From Eledone cirrhosa (Eukaryota), in the NCBI GenBank assembly GCA_964016885.1, contig OZ024740.1, positions 344,162,001 through 344,226,000 of the forward strand: a stretch of DNA of 64,000 nt, written 5' to 3'. Each line of letters starts with the position of its first letter. Positions within the stretch are counted from its first letter, which is position 1. A model generated the notes under the pieces. The model was not told where the DNA came from and did not search any database. It saw only the letters and a program-made list of their open reading frames with translations. Positions 16,594 to 31,950 of the stretch are shown one piece after another. Made by a program: the position numbers and the translations under genes.

Positions 16594-16644
16594 TATATAC
16601 ATATATATATATACATATATATATATACTTATATATATATATAC

Positions 16645-16691
<47 letters not shown>

Positions 16692-16785
16692 GTTTTAATA
16701 TAGATGAGATTCTACAGTATAATAATAATAATAATATTATATATATAATATAATAATATAATATAATAATATTATATATATATAA

Positions 16786-17902
<1,117 letters not shown>

Positions 17903-17932
17903 GAAGAAGAAGAAGAAGAACAATAATAATAA

Positions 17933-18043
<111 letters not shown>

Positions 18044-18200
18044 ACACGGGTGTGTATGATTGTGTATAGAAGATTATATTAATAAGAGGAATTCCAACTT
18101 TGTCTGATTTACTCGTTTTATTTACAATCCTTTAAAATTTATAATGGTATTATAATGAAATAGTATGATTGAATATTAAATTCTAATTGTTAATTGAACA

Positions 18201-18270
<70 letters not shown>

Positions 18271-18378
18271 AGGAATTCCAACTTTGTCTGATTTACTCTT
18301 TTTATTTACAATCCTTTAAAATTTACAATGGTATTATAATGAAATAGTATGATAGAATATTAAATGTTAAGTGTTAAT

Positions 18379-18417
18379 TGAACAAGTACTTTCATGCTTT
18401 CGCAATCTTCAGGTTCA
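18379..18417 (-). ncRNA. Minimal type I hammerhead ribozyme in a pLTR-like repeat (18078-18460)
   Basis: Minus: TGAAC-CTGAAGA-T-TGC GAAA GCA-T-GAAA-GTAC-TT-GTTCA. Confidence 0.85.
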
Positions 18418-18811
18418 TAATGTGTGGTGACAGTCAAGTTTGCAATTTTCAACTGTAATGAGATGGGTAAATTTTGTACCTTATATACAGTGAAAAGAGG
18501 CTTCAGAATGCTAAATCTTGCAAACTGTATTTCGACCAATCGGTGTGTAGCTTCACTGAATTACTGAAGCTGATTGGTTTAAGCGTCACGGTTGGTTGAG
18601 CATGTCTACCGACCAATAATTGATCTTATCCGAAGTATCAATTGTTTTGCTATTTTTAGAAATGATGAAAATAGCATTTTCTAGTAATCATCACCATCAA
18701 CATCACTTTTATTATTATTATTATTGTTGTTGTTGCTGTTAGTGGTCGTAGTCGACATGGTCGTAGTCATAGTCATAGTAGAAGTAATACCCCTAAGCGT
18801 TATTATTGTTC

Positions 18812-19161
18812 ATTTAATTTGGGTTTGAATTTATCAACAAAATTATTTTCTTTGATTTTTTCTCTTGATTTCACTTGGGCTTTGTAATTTGTAGAATGGG
18901 AATATTATAAATATTCCCTGACCGCATGTTGCTAGATGGTTACTTAGGGGTATCTGACGGACATTTGGGTCTCTGATTTGCTGACGGTGTACCCGGCACG
19001 TTCCGATAGTGCATTTTCAGTTTGACCGAAATATTTAGTGCATTTCTAGTTTGACCGACATATTTATAATATTCCCATTCTACAAATTACAAAGCCCAAG
19101 TGAAATCAAGAGAAAAATCAAAGAAAATAATTTTATTGATAAATTCAAACCCAAATTAAAT
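18812..19161. repeat. ~100-bp inverted repeat at the 5' junction of a PLE
   Basis: 18812-18913 is the reverse complement of 19060-19161. Confidence 0.85.
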
Positions 19162-22100
19162 GGGATCCACGGCTAGGCCCAGGTGACGGATCTGGTGGGC
19201 CTTTATCTCTTTGACTGTGTTGGAGTGGAAATGCCCCACTTGGGAGGCGGAGCTTACCGTGACGAAGTTTTGTTTACTGTGTCGTTCCATAATAATAGTA
19301 TGGTAGAGAGGGTGAGGAAATAACTTAGCAAATTCTTCAAGAACATAGACCTAAGTATAGTATTTGAAGAGAACTTAAAGATAGTTATTTTTTTAGATGT
19401 TACACTTAACCTCAATTCAGGACTCTTCCAACGCTACCACAAACCCAACGAGAATATAAACTATGTCAACGCAAAATCGAACCACCCTAAAATAGTCACT
19501 AACGGTATTACCAAAATCGTCTCTAGTAGAATTTCAAGACTATCTTCCAATGAAGATACCTTTAATAAGATCTCGAATTACTATAATAAAGCCCTGGAAC
19601 GCGCGGGGCATAGCGAGGGAATCTCATTCACACGTCCATTAAATAGTAGAAGCAACATTGCCTGCGATAGCTTAGGCCTAAATAGTGACACTCTAGTTAA
19701 CAGCAGGCGTGATACGAGGGGGGATTTATATAGACTTCATGTTGTATTGCCGCCTAGTCCCAATGCTGTTGGTACCAATAGAAACAACCACTCAGGTACC
19801 AACACGGGGTCTGAGCAACTTAACGCCAGCGGAAACTCTAATGGTAACCTTAATTGTGGAACCGATAAAACTACCGTTGAACGCAGTATGGAACGACGGT
19901 CGAGTAAGGGGAATGGGGACAGGTGTAGCAGACGCATAGTGGATACAACCCCGGCTATCGAGGGTAATTCCAATGGTCGCACGGGGGTATACACCGCTCT
20001 GGAGACTTGGGACGATTCTGAACACAATCGTGACAACCCAGGACACCATCGACCCACAAGCAATTTCCAGTTACAATAGACCAGTAACTACTAGGGAGAC
20101 AGGTAATTGTAATATAGTTAGTAAGAACAAGAGGCATCGGACCAGAAAAGTCCTGTGGTATAATCGCCCTTACTCCACTGGCCTGACCACTAATATAGCT
20201 AAGCTTTTCTTTAGGGCCTTAGACAAATGCTTCCCTAGATCGCACAGATATTATAAAATATTCAATAGAAATGCCATCAAGCTGTCCTACTCCACAACTA
20301 GTAACATGGCTCAGAATATAGCTAAGATGAATTATAGTAGACTTAGGACAGCCCATGAGGGAATTAGGCATGGCAGAACAATGGCGGCTCTATTGAAGAA
20401 CTGACTCATACACGTGAGGTGAGTCGGGTCTCCCCATCCCCAAGGAATTTACCCATAGAGCAGAAAGGAACTGGGACCCGACCCCAAAGGTAGCGTGGTC
20501 CATCTGGAACTACCCAGTTCGATAGCAAAACATGTAACTGCAGAATCACCGCCACCTGCCCCATGGCTGAGAAATGCCTTACCAAAAACAGTCTACGACT
20601 GTAAGGTCTCCACTCCTGATAGAACCTTTAGGTATGTTGGGGCAACTGCCACGGAATTTAAGGATCGATGGTATAATCACCGCCATACCTTTAATAGATT
20701 AGATACAAAAAAATAGCACGGCACTTTCTGAATTAGTCTGGAAGCTTAAACATCAGAATATAGAGCACTCCTTATTCTGGTCCATAGTTTGCTCAGCGCA
20801 ACCTTATAACGGCAGCACGGGCGTCTGCAATTTATGTATAGCTGAAACTTTTAATATTATTAGAGGCGGCCCCCTATTAATTAATAGGAGAGCAGTTTTT
20901 CAGCAACTGCCAACATAGAACCTCGAAAACCTTCCGCAGGATTTTTGGAAGGTAACCTACCACTAACTCCTCCCTCTCTACTTTAGCCATAGGGTTCTCT
21001 CAATAAACAGACAGTCACACACTCAGGTAGTTAGACGGGTAAGATTGTTTGCGCACTTACAAACGATACTCGGCCTGTTTCCACGGAGTTCTCACAGCTG
21101 AGTGCACTTTTTTAGAATACCTAGCTAGTAAATAGTTAGATTGATTACACACTGAGTATACCTAGTTAGTAATTGATTGAACACTCAGACATGACCGATT
21201 ACGCGCACCTACCTTTACTTTAAGATACCCTAACCATTGAGTTCTCTCAGTTGGGATATAGCTAGTCGTATTGCACACTTAGTTAGGACCGATTACGCTC
21301 TCTATACATAACTCTACACACAGTACCCGTTTCCTTTAGACATTGAGCTCCCACAATTACGACCGTCACGTTCCTACCGACTGAACACTACACTAGGTTT
21401 TGATCCGTGATCGTCTAACCATCGAGGACTCACTGTTATGGATTGAACAATAATACTGATACACCATTAATGGGCCTACACACTTCCTTTTGATTTTACT
21501 ATCCTGTATTTTTTTACTTCACCTTCTGTGTTGGATAAAACACCTCCACCACTCAAACAACTATCTTAAAAGCTCATTGGCCCATATGACGGGAAATCGG
21601 ACTTACGGACGCATTTACCCAATACCCAACCCTACACGGAGCCCTTTGCTGGCCTACATTGCGGTTGCTTGCAGGCACGGATTTAGTGACTCGGATTCTC
21701 AATGGGACAGCGGTACATACTGAGTTCGATATGAGCTGATAGCTTGCTCTTCATATGGATGTGTATATACCCGGACATACCCTTTTTTGGATGATTCGGA
21801 TGTGTATATACCATAACATACACTTGAAGATATGGATGTTACAATTCAATCTATACACGTACAACAGAACACTGAACTGAAGTTACTTACTTGTGTGTGT
21901 GGGGGGGGGGGGGGGGGGGCGTTGGTTAACCCAATATTTCCAATTTACATCGTCAAATTGAGATTTGACCAATATAGCTTTGTTGTTTTGTGAACTAACT
22001 TTCGGTGAATGCTGTGTTGGTACATTCTTATATTTGTTTTCTTATATTTGTTTTTTCTCGGACATCGCTTCGGTGTGTGTGAGAGTGTGTGTACCCACCC

Positions 22101-22683
22101 ACACTAACTCTACAGGTTTAATACTGTGTTGATGTGTGTATATATATGTATATATTTTTCTTTGACCTCGAGCCGGGGTATGTGATTGTGGAATGTGTGT
22201 GTACCCACTCACATTAACTGTGACTGACTGTATCCCTACAGATTTGATTGATGTCCAGCGTCTTTTGCAGCGATAGAAATCTGAAAACTTTTATGACCTC
22301 AACCGAAGTTAATAACAGTCGCCGTGTCTCTGACTGGTGTGTCTTCAGATGAGGGAATGAATTCTGTGAGAGAACATCCTTATTATATTTTCTCCTTCAT
22401 ATCAAGAATTTGAAGACAATTCATTTTCACCTGATGAGTTCAGTGATAATTGATCATGGCTTCACAATCGATCTATCTGTTATCGAAACATGTGTCGTGA
22501 TTAAATGATTGGAATTTTATCTTGCCTTCGGATTTTCATTTTGATACTTATACTCCGTTTTACATCATCTAGCTGTTCCCGTGAATGGAATTGGAGATAT
22601 ACAAAAGAGTGGAGAACTTAATATTGCTAACATAAAGTTACTGGACCATTTTACACAACCAATAATGCACCTTACTATATAAC

Positions 22684-22685
<2 letters not shown>
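19160..22685 (+). mobile_element. 5'-truncated Penelope-like element (RT, CxC-x5-C linker, GIY-YIG, C-terminal CNLC, long 3' region)
   Basis: MGS..QVTDLVGLY, AYRDE (RT motif C), IFLDVTLNLNSG, SNHP, VLWYNRPYS..IFNRNAIKLSYS, TCNCRITATCPMAEKC, VY..RYVGAT..FKDRWYNH, GVCNLCIAE; has stops and frameshifts. Confidence 0.88.
22427..22500 (+). ncRNA. Hammerhead ribozyme in the PLE 3' region
   Basis: TCAC-CTGATGA-(gttcagt)-GATAA..TTATC-GAAAC-ATGT-GTC-GTGA; stem I TCAC/GTGA and a palindromic loop 3. Confidence 0.7.
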
Positions 22686-22727
<42 letters not shown>

Positions 22728-22730
<3 letters not shown>

Positions 22731-22930
22731 GGTCCCGGGTTGAGTCGGGGATAACCACAGTAAGTAAGGTACTCAATACATGGCAGAGTAAAATATATTT
22801 ATTGTATAGAAGGAGCTTCTACAGGACTAGTACTGTTTTATTCAGATGAAATCTTCATGAAAGCTTCCTGAAGATTTCATCTGAATGAAACAGTACTAGT
22901 CCTGTAGAAGCTCCTTCCATACCATAAATA
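22728..22930. repeat. Short fold-back element with HHR-like core
   Basis: ~22810-22858 inverted at ~22868-22916; ctgaagatttcatctgaatgaaacagtactagtc; diverged relative at ~600-790. Confidence 0.65.
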
Positions 22931-22942
22931 TATATATATATA

Positions 22943-23117
22943 TAACAAAGGAATGGACCATAACGCACCAGAGTACTCAATACTTAGGGTAGTAGAGGGG
23001 GAAATAGGAAGAAGTATGACTCCGACGGCAGAGCTCAAGCCGTTTCGATGGCTATTTCAGTCCAGAAATAGCCGTCGAAACGGCTTGAGCTCTGCCGTCG
23101 GGGTCATACTTTTTCCT
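22943..23117. repeat. Short fold-back element
   Basis: gtatgactccgacggcagagctcaagccgtttcga and its reverse complement; internally deleted relative at 25876-25992. Confidence 0.8.
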
Positions 23118-23856
23118 ATATATATATATATTGGCGCGAGCGTGTATTTGCACGTATATTCATGCAGTGGTAATTATGTATAACTTCTGTATCCAATACA
23201 TTCATCTTGTTTTCCTATTGTTATTTTTTTGTTATCCAAGTTTAACTTTTATATATATTTTAACTTAATCTATCTGAATGTATATAATAGTTATAAAATA
23301 TATACTGCCGGGCAATGACAAATACATTCATACACAGAGTTTAAGAATAGAAAAGACAAGAGAATAATAGAAAGAGCGAGAGAAGGAAAGAAAGATTGAG
23401 AAAGATAGACACAGAGACAGTGAGTAATGAGAAAGAGATAAACCCGCGAGAAGAATCTGTTTATTGTGACTTTTATTGCATATTCTTACACCTAATCTTT
23501 TAAACTTTATCCCTTACTGGTTCTCTTCCTCAATTTTATCATAAATTTAATCTCCTTCCTTGCTGTCTTCAGTTTACTTTTCCTATGATTTCTCTCACTC
23601 ATTCTATCTGTCGTTTGGATCCTCTCTCACCACACACACTATGACTCTTTTCACAGCCACCTCCTTTTCTTCCTATCGTCACATCTGTATCATAATTCCT
23701 CTCTCTCTCTCTCTTATTCTCCCTCTCAGTCTCTCTCTCTCGCTCTCTCCGTCTCACTCCCTCACACATACACTGACTCAAAGACTCTTGCCACCAGCCG
23801 TGCTCTGTTCTTGTTATTACAAAACACGATCTCTTTCTTTCTATGTGACTCTCTTT

Positions 23857-23940
<84 letters not shown>

Positions 23941-24122
23941 TCTCCCTCTCCCTCTCCCTCTCCGTCTCTCTCCCTCTCTCAGTAACTTTCTTTTCCTTTC
24001 TGTCATTCATCCTCTGTCACTCTACATATTTAACATATCCATATTTAAGTCATATCTCAGTCTCTAACTCTATTTCTCACCCTCATTCTCTTTTTCCATC
24101 TCTCTCTCTCTCTTCACCCCCC

Positions 24123-24230
<108 letters not shown>

Positions 24231-24624
24231 GTATATATATATATATATCTGTATATATATATATATACATATGTATATATCTTTCCATTTTACAACGCCG
24301 GCAAGATTTCTCCGTGGAATCCCTTCTTAATGTTTCCGCTTTCTCTCTCTTTCTCTCTCTTTCTCTCCCCACCCTAACACTCTCTGTTGACATAACTTAT
24401 TATCTTATCCACTGATCAAAATCTTCAACCAGTTGGTTCTTCTGCACTGTGTGGTCGGATTTATTTGTCATCTCTTAAAACATATTATAAACCACACATG
24501 ATTTCTGTCTTTCTAAAACTGAAGCACACACAAACATTCACACACTCACACACAAACACTCTCTTACATACACACACACAGAAAGTGATAGGGAGCATAT
24601 ACACATAAACTAGGATACACACCA

Positions 24625-24672
<48 letters not shown>

Positions 24673-24678
24673 AATCTG

Positions 24679-24760
<82 letters not shown>

Positions 24761-24765
<5 letters not shown>

Positions 24766-24921
24766 ATACTTTGGGAGGGTCATGTTGCCAATAAGAAACA
24801 CACGCACCGGAGGTAGTGGTGTGTTTCTTATTGGCAACATAACCCTCCCAAAGTATAACAATATCGGTTTCAACACACGTTTTCAGATAAAGAATCTTGC
24901 TAAACAAATTCAGAAACGAAA
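24761..24921. mobile_element. 160-bp hairpin derivative of the Naiad-like PLE termini
   Basis: ~45-bp arms plus the same tail as 60231-60291; flanked by TA. Confidence 0.85.
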
Positions 24922-24991
24922 TATATATATATATATATACATATGTAATTACATATACACTTGTATGTATTTATAAATATATATCTATCTG

Positions 24992-25071
<80 letters not shown>

Positions 25072-25216
25072 ACTATCTATCTATCTATCTATCCATCAAT
25101 CTCTCCCTCTCTCCTCCCCCCCCTCTCTCTCTGTATATTTATATATATATATATACAATTACACATAAACTTGTATGTATTTATAAATATATATTTTTAT
25201 ATAGGTATCGATATGG

Positions 25217-25254
<38 letters not shown>

Positions 25255-25602
25255 TATGAAGCGATATGGGTGTGTGTGTGTATATATATATACATATATA
25301 TATATATACCTATATACATCAAAGAAGAATGTAAAAAATAAAAATATACTCCGCTATCCCCACCCCAATAACCGTATTCCACCCGACAAAAGGTATCCAA
25401 TAGCTATCAGCTATTACATGTCCAGCTGGATGGACTTGCTCACACCATTTCGCTAGCGTAAACAATTTACCAGTGAGCAGCACAAGGCTGACAGAGAAGT
25501 TACAGCTATTTCCGTTAACCTTATACCGATTTCCCAACAAACGGATTCTCTCTCCGATGCAACTATATATCTATATATATATCTATATCTATATATATAT
25601 AT

Positions 25603-25658
<56 letters not shown>

Positions 25659-25685
25659 GTGTGTGTGTGTATATATATATATATA

Positions 25686-25761
<76 letters not shown>

Positions 25762-25773
25762 GCATTGAAAATC

Positions 25774-25865
<92 letters not shown>

Positions 25866-26307
25866 CTTATATATAGGAAAAAGTATGACCCCGACGGCAG
25901 AGCTCAAGCTATTTCCCACTCTACTTCCCTAAGTATTGAGTACTCTGGTGCTTTATGGTCCATCTGGTTCCTTACCACAATTCCTTTGTTATACTTATAT
26001 ATATGTATATGTATATATATATATACTTACAGATACATATGACTGTGTATGTGTAAATAATACTGTCAATTGCACAAACCTAAATGTAAACACATCTAGA
26101 ACAAATCAAAACTATCCACGCAGCTCATAAACTCACATACCTCTAAAGGAAAGTAATTCATGTTTCAAACTGTGTCCTAACCTTCCCGATAGAACAACCA
26201 AAGATCTACCACAATTATTGGTATGGGGCTGTAGGATGTCATCGGGCTCAAATTGTTGCATCACGTAGTTTGTATCAGATAAGCCGCAGCACGTTTGTAT
26301 AACTATA

Positions 26308-26368
<61 letters not shown>

Positions 26369-26494
26369 GTATATATTGAGAGAGAGAAAGAGGAGGGAGA
26401 TAGATAGTTAGATACATAGGTAGATAGAAAGATAGTTAAACAAATATGCTGCAGCTTTGTTTCATAGAAGAGGGAAAGGCAAATGTCGATGCAG

Positions 26495-26655
26495 CTTGGC
26501 ACCAGTGACGTGGTAACTCATTGCTACAAGCTGAGTGAACTGGAACATCATGAAATAAAGTGTAATGCTCAAGAGCACATCGCAAAGCCCGGTCCGAGAA
26601 TTGAAATCACAACCTCACGATTGTAAGCTCGATGCCACTAAGCTATACCACTTCA
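26495..26655 (-). mobile_element. tRNA-derived SINE, family B (degenerate)
   Basis: Homologous to 62278-62399 (tgaaataaagtgt..tgctcaag, cacaacctcacgattg). Confidence 0.65.
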
Positions 26656-27372
26656 TATCCATATCTGACTACATACACACATATATGTATATATAATGGG
26701 AAAAGAGAAGAATGATCACCGGTTGTTGGTATATTTTCATCATCCAATATTGTATAAAGAGGTAGTTGACAGACATGGGTTTATCGAGGACTAGAGGGTG
26801 CGAATACTCTGGGTACTCCTTCTCAAACAGGGCCAAGGAACAGTTATGGGCCCACGAAACCTGGACTGCTCTGAGGTCCTTATGTTCTAAATATGGCCCT
26901 AGGATTGTCGAATCGCGAAAAATGACTCGTTAGAGAACTTTGGATTATTAAAGGCATGCCAACGACCAGTCAATAATACTTAGTCTCTTTCTTCATATAT
27001 ATATATATGTGTGTGTGTGTTTGTGTGCGTATATATAATACGTAAGCATGTATATATATTTATGTATATGTATGTATTAATTTTTTTATATCGTTAAATA
27101 AAAGTATGAGTAAAAGAGTAAAAGAAAAAATCCAAATATGATATGAAAAATAACGAAAAACAGGACAAAATATATATACAAAAAGGAACAAGACAAGGTC
27201 AGACAGAGATAAAAATATGAAGGTACGAACATGTGGAAAGTGTGTAGATTCCTGAATCTAAATGTTTAATATATCTACAAGATAATTTCGTTGCTCTACT
27301 AAAATCTTGTCTCTTATTTCTGCCTCTGTCTATCTATTTCTTTACTTTCCAATTTACTATCTATCTATCTAG

Positions 27373-28473
27373 CAAACATGCGCTGAGGCTGCGGCATCTC
27401 CAGGTATTCCTCACCGACCCCCAACCGGTGTGGGCACCGTTTGTGAGACAGGCTTTCCCACAGCTCGTCTCGCTAACGGAGCTGCAGTCCTGGGTGAAGA
27501 AAAGACCGAAAACGATGGGCGCCTGGCACATTGAATGCGTTCAGGCGCTCACAGTCCTCTGGCAAGCGGGCGCAGCAATCAGTGGAGACTCCACTTCGAC
27601 ATTCTATAGAGGGATTGTACGTTACAAGGGCGACGACGTGCTCGGAGAGACTCTGGGCGTCGAAGACGATGAGCTCACCAGTATGTTTGGTAGGACTTTC
27701 CGCCCGGGACCTATGGACAACTTCCAGAGGTCCCTGGCCTGGCAGTGCTACCGAGGAGCTCTACCGGTTCGTGACAAGATCTACAGGCACGGACGCCCTG
27801 GCAGGGATCCTTCCAAGAGGACGTGTCCAAGATGTGCGCAGGACATTGAAACAGTTCTGCACGCAATTGTACACTGCCCGGGCGTAAGCAACCTGTGGAA
27901 CTATGCAGAACAACTGCTGTCGCGTATGGGACAAATACAGTTGACTGCCGAGTCCATAGTAAGGATCAAACCGCCAGACTCTTTCAAAAACGAAAGAGAG
28001 GCGGGTTTCCTCTGTACGGTGGCTATGGTGAAAGAAGTTATATGGTGGACGAGGTTGAGAGGACTGAGGACAGATGCCTTTCTCTCCGGACAACAATTGA
28101 TTCCATTCTTTAAGTATCACTTTAGAAGGAGAATCAGGGTGGAGAGAGAGGCACTGCACCCCAGTAAATTTACTGAAAGGTGGGTGAATGAAGCGAAAAT
28201 GGCCCGAGTGATTGGGCCTTCTCTGTTTATAAGCCTGTAGGTTGAGGAAGAGAGCAAAAGGAAGAAAGGAGCACTTGCACAACACGCTCCTTGAGTTGAG
28301 GGTTGTTCTATCGACGGGGTATTAAACAACCCATTTGTGGCGCCTCCCCCCTATTGGGGATTTCGATTGTTGAAATTGTTTGTTTTTATATTTTTTACAC
28401 GACTGTATGTAAAATCCCCGGCATGTCTTTGTATTGTACCCTTTCTTGTTGCGCCCTTGTGGCTAATAAAGAA
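27373..28473 (+). mobile_element. L1/Tx1-clade LINE 3' end (post-RT zf-RVT region and 3' UTR)
   Basis: ORF 27428-28240 has LAWQCYRGALPV..TCPRCAQDIETVLHAIVHCP (CCHC); AATAAA at end; tctatctatctag on both flanks. Confidence 0.8.
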
Positions 28474-28677
28474 ATCTATCTATCTAGTTATGTCTATAAA
28501 CGCTAGCAACTTCTTATGCACACAGACACATTCACACACAAACACACAGAAACCTATATATATGTATATATATATGTGCGCGTGTTTATATGTATACACA
28601 CACACGCACACACACACACATATATATATATCTGCGCGCGTTTATATGTATACACACACACACACACACACACACAG

Positions 28678-28731
<54 letters not shown>

Positions 28732-28746
28732 GCGCGCGTTTATATG

Positions 28747-28791
<45 letters not shown>

Positions 28792-28807
28792 CTGCGCGCG
28801 TTTATAT

Positions 28808-28859
<52 letters not shown>

Positions 28860-28890
28860 CTGCGCGCGTTTATATGTATACACACACACA

Positions 28891-29453
28891 CTGTCGCGGG
28901 TGGGACCAATCCAGTTGACCACCGAGTCCATTGTCATGATCAAACCGCCACCCTCCTTCAAAAACGAAGGAGAGGCGGTTTTCCTCTGTGTGATAGCTAT
29001 GGCGAAAGAGGTTGTATGGTGGACAAGGTTGAAAGGGCTGAGGTCAGACACCTTTCTCTCCGGCCAACAACTGATTCTTTTTTTCAAATACCACTTTGGA
29101 AGAAGAATCAGGATGGAGAGAGAGGTGCTGTACCCCAGCAAGTTTTATGAAAGGTGGGTGAAAGTGGCGAGAATGGCCCGAGTGAATGGGCCTTCTCTAT
29201 ATATCAGCCTGTAGGTTGAGGAAAAGGAGGAGGAGAGGAAAGGAGTACAAACTCTTCGTACTCCTGGAGATGAGGGTTGCGCATTTTTTTTCTGGGGTAT
29301 GTGTTACCCATATAAACTGTCTCCCTCTATTGGGGAAAATCGACTAACTTTTAAAATTCCATTTGTGATAACATTTTAAACGTTTTTATTGTATGTAAAC
29401 TTCCCCCTTTGTATTTGTCCCCTTCTTTTGTGCCCCTGTGGCTAATAAAGAAA
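28891..29453 (+). mobile_element. Second, diverged L1/Tx1 3' fragment
   Basis: LSRVGPIQLTTESIV..KEVVWWTRLKGL..GPSLYISL*, homologous to the end of the 27428-28240 ORF. Confidence 0.8.
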
Positions 29454-29574
29454 TACATCTATCTAGCTATGTCTATAAACGCTAGCAACTTCTTATGCAC
29501 ACAGACACATTCATACACAAACACACAGAAACCTATATATATGTATATATATATGTGCGCGCGTTTATATGTAT

Positions 29575-29612
<38 letters not shown>

Positions 29613-29632
29613 CTGCGCGCGTTTATATGTAT

Positions 29633-29668
<36 letters not shown>

Positions 29669-29697
29669 CTGCGCGCGTTTATATGTATACACACACC

Positions 29698-29764
<67 letters not shown>

Positions 29765-29905
29765 TATAAAGAGAAAGAGAGAAAGATGGGGGACGTACAA
29801 GAGATCGAGAGTGAAAGAAAGAGAGTGAGTGAGTGACAGGTATTAATACATTGTTAGGAGTAATAAGTTTTCATCATTTAAAAATATATGGATTCTTTCA
29901 TATCA

Positions 29906-29984
<79 letters not shown>

Positions 29985-30002
29985 TATATGTATATTTATA
30001 TA

Positions 30003-30104
<102 letters not shown>

Positions 30105-31319
30105 CCCACACGAACATAAATATACCTGCACCAACAGACAGGTTGTTTCCGCGTCCCTTCATTGCATTCTTTTCTTTTCTATTTAGAATTACCATTGTTT
30201 TGTATAATATTTTTATTGAGTTTGTATTTTCTTTTTACTTGTCATCATTTCTCGATCTCTATCTCAACGTGTTTATCTCTTTCTTTCATCAAAAATATTT
30301 AAAGGGGAGGAAATGTTTAAATGTAAGATGGAATGGCGACTCATTGAGAGAGTAAGAGCGACTTGAAGAAAATATAGGAAAATATAGGAAAGAGTTACAA
30401 ATTCAGATATGATGTGGGTTTGAAAGTGTAAATGAATATATGGTTTATACACAAGGAAAGAAAAATGGAAAAAAGAAACAGAAAAAATACACATGATGAG
30501 AGCGTGGCACGACTGAAGATATAGCGAACGATTGAGTGGGAGTGATGTAAAATCTGATTTAAATTTGTTGTATGAGAGTAGCGAACGTTAGGATGTATGT
30601 GTAAATGAGTGAGTATCCTCATATACAAATGAAGTTTATTGAGTTACAAAGTCCTTTAGAACAATCGGAGATCTATTCTCTATATGTTTACTTACGAAGA
30701 CAATATAATGGTAATATAAATCACCTGATGTAACCCTATCACTGTTGCTATTACACACTGTTATATGTTACATACAAACTCATCGACGCATATATTGTCA
30801 CAATTCCCCATCTTTCATCAAAGCAGAAGAGATTCTCCTTCTCTCTATATATCACTACATACCTCACTCTCTATCATTGTCACAATTCATCCTCTCTCAC
30901 TAAACCACCCAACTCTCTCCTGCTCTCTATATCCCACTACATATCTCACTCTCTCTCGCAATGCCCCCTCTCTCACTAGATCACCACATTTAATACCCCT
31001 CTCTATATTCCATTACATACGTTCCCTCTCTCTCGCTAGGTCAATAAACTCCCACCCCTCTCTATAAACCACTACGTACCTCACTCCCTCTCACAATTTC
31101 CCCTCTCTCACTAGACCACAAAATTCTCTTCCCCTCTCTATATTGCACTACATGCCTCATTATCTCTCACAATTCCCCCTCTCTCACTAAACAAAAAAAC
31201 TCTCCCCCCTCACTTTATACCACTACATACTTCACATATATATATACATGCACATACATATACACACACACACACACAAAGTAGGTTTATAATTATCAAT
31301 ATTCAGTACACTTTCCTAG

Positions 31320-31520
31320 CTGTCTCAGTGGCCTAGTTGGATGAATCATAGACAGTGGTGATCCTGGTCTGAAGTTCGATCCTGGTCGGAAGTAGGGTTC
31401 CCGGGAAACCTTTTCAGTTTTTTCTATTGGTTGTAAAATAAAAACTGAAAAAGGTTATATGCACCTCTTGAACTCAAGACCATGATCTCCCTAGTACCTA
31501 CCTTTAGGCCACAGAGACAC
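31320..31520. other. Two convergent tRNA-like (Pol III A/B box) heads around a central hairpin
   Basis: Plus: tgtctcagTGGCCTAGTTGG..AGTTCGATCC. Minus: tgtctctgTGGCCTAAAGG..GAGTTCAAG. Central aaccttttcagttttt/aaaaactgaaaaaggtt. Confidence 0.5.
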
Positions 31521-31950
31521 TATGAAAATTCATACTTATAACATTTCAAAACTTTCAAAACAAAGTGCTGCGCTGCCTTTCTTAATGTTATTGCTGCTAC
31601 TTAAGGTCGACTTCTAAGTCATTTGGGCGTTCCATAAACTACATCCTCCTTTTGTTTCTATATCTATCTAGAATACATTTTAACCTGTAATCCATGTGTT
31701 ATTTCTGTTCCAACTCATTTCTCCCCGCCTCTCTCTCTTTCTCTCTGTAATATTTGAATCTACTACGATTTGGGCTTAGATTATGCCTATACATATGTTT
31801 TTGCATGTCATTTAGATTCAAAATTACAATGATTGGCATTATATATATATATATATATATACAGTGGCGGACTAGGTCTAAAAATATTGGTTGCCAGATG
31901 AAGGGAGCCCACCTACATGTAGACTGCTATCATTTAATCTTTATAATGAA

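Noticed and set aside
31320-31392. Functional tRNA gene
   Set aside because: A/B boxes are present but I could not draw a cloverleaf.
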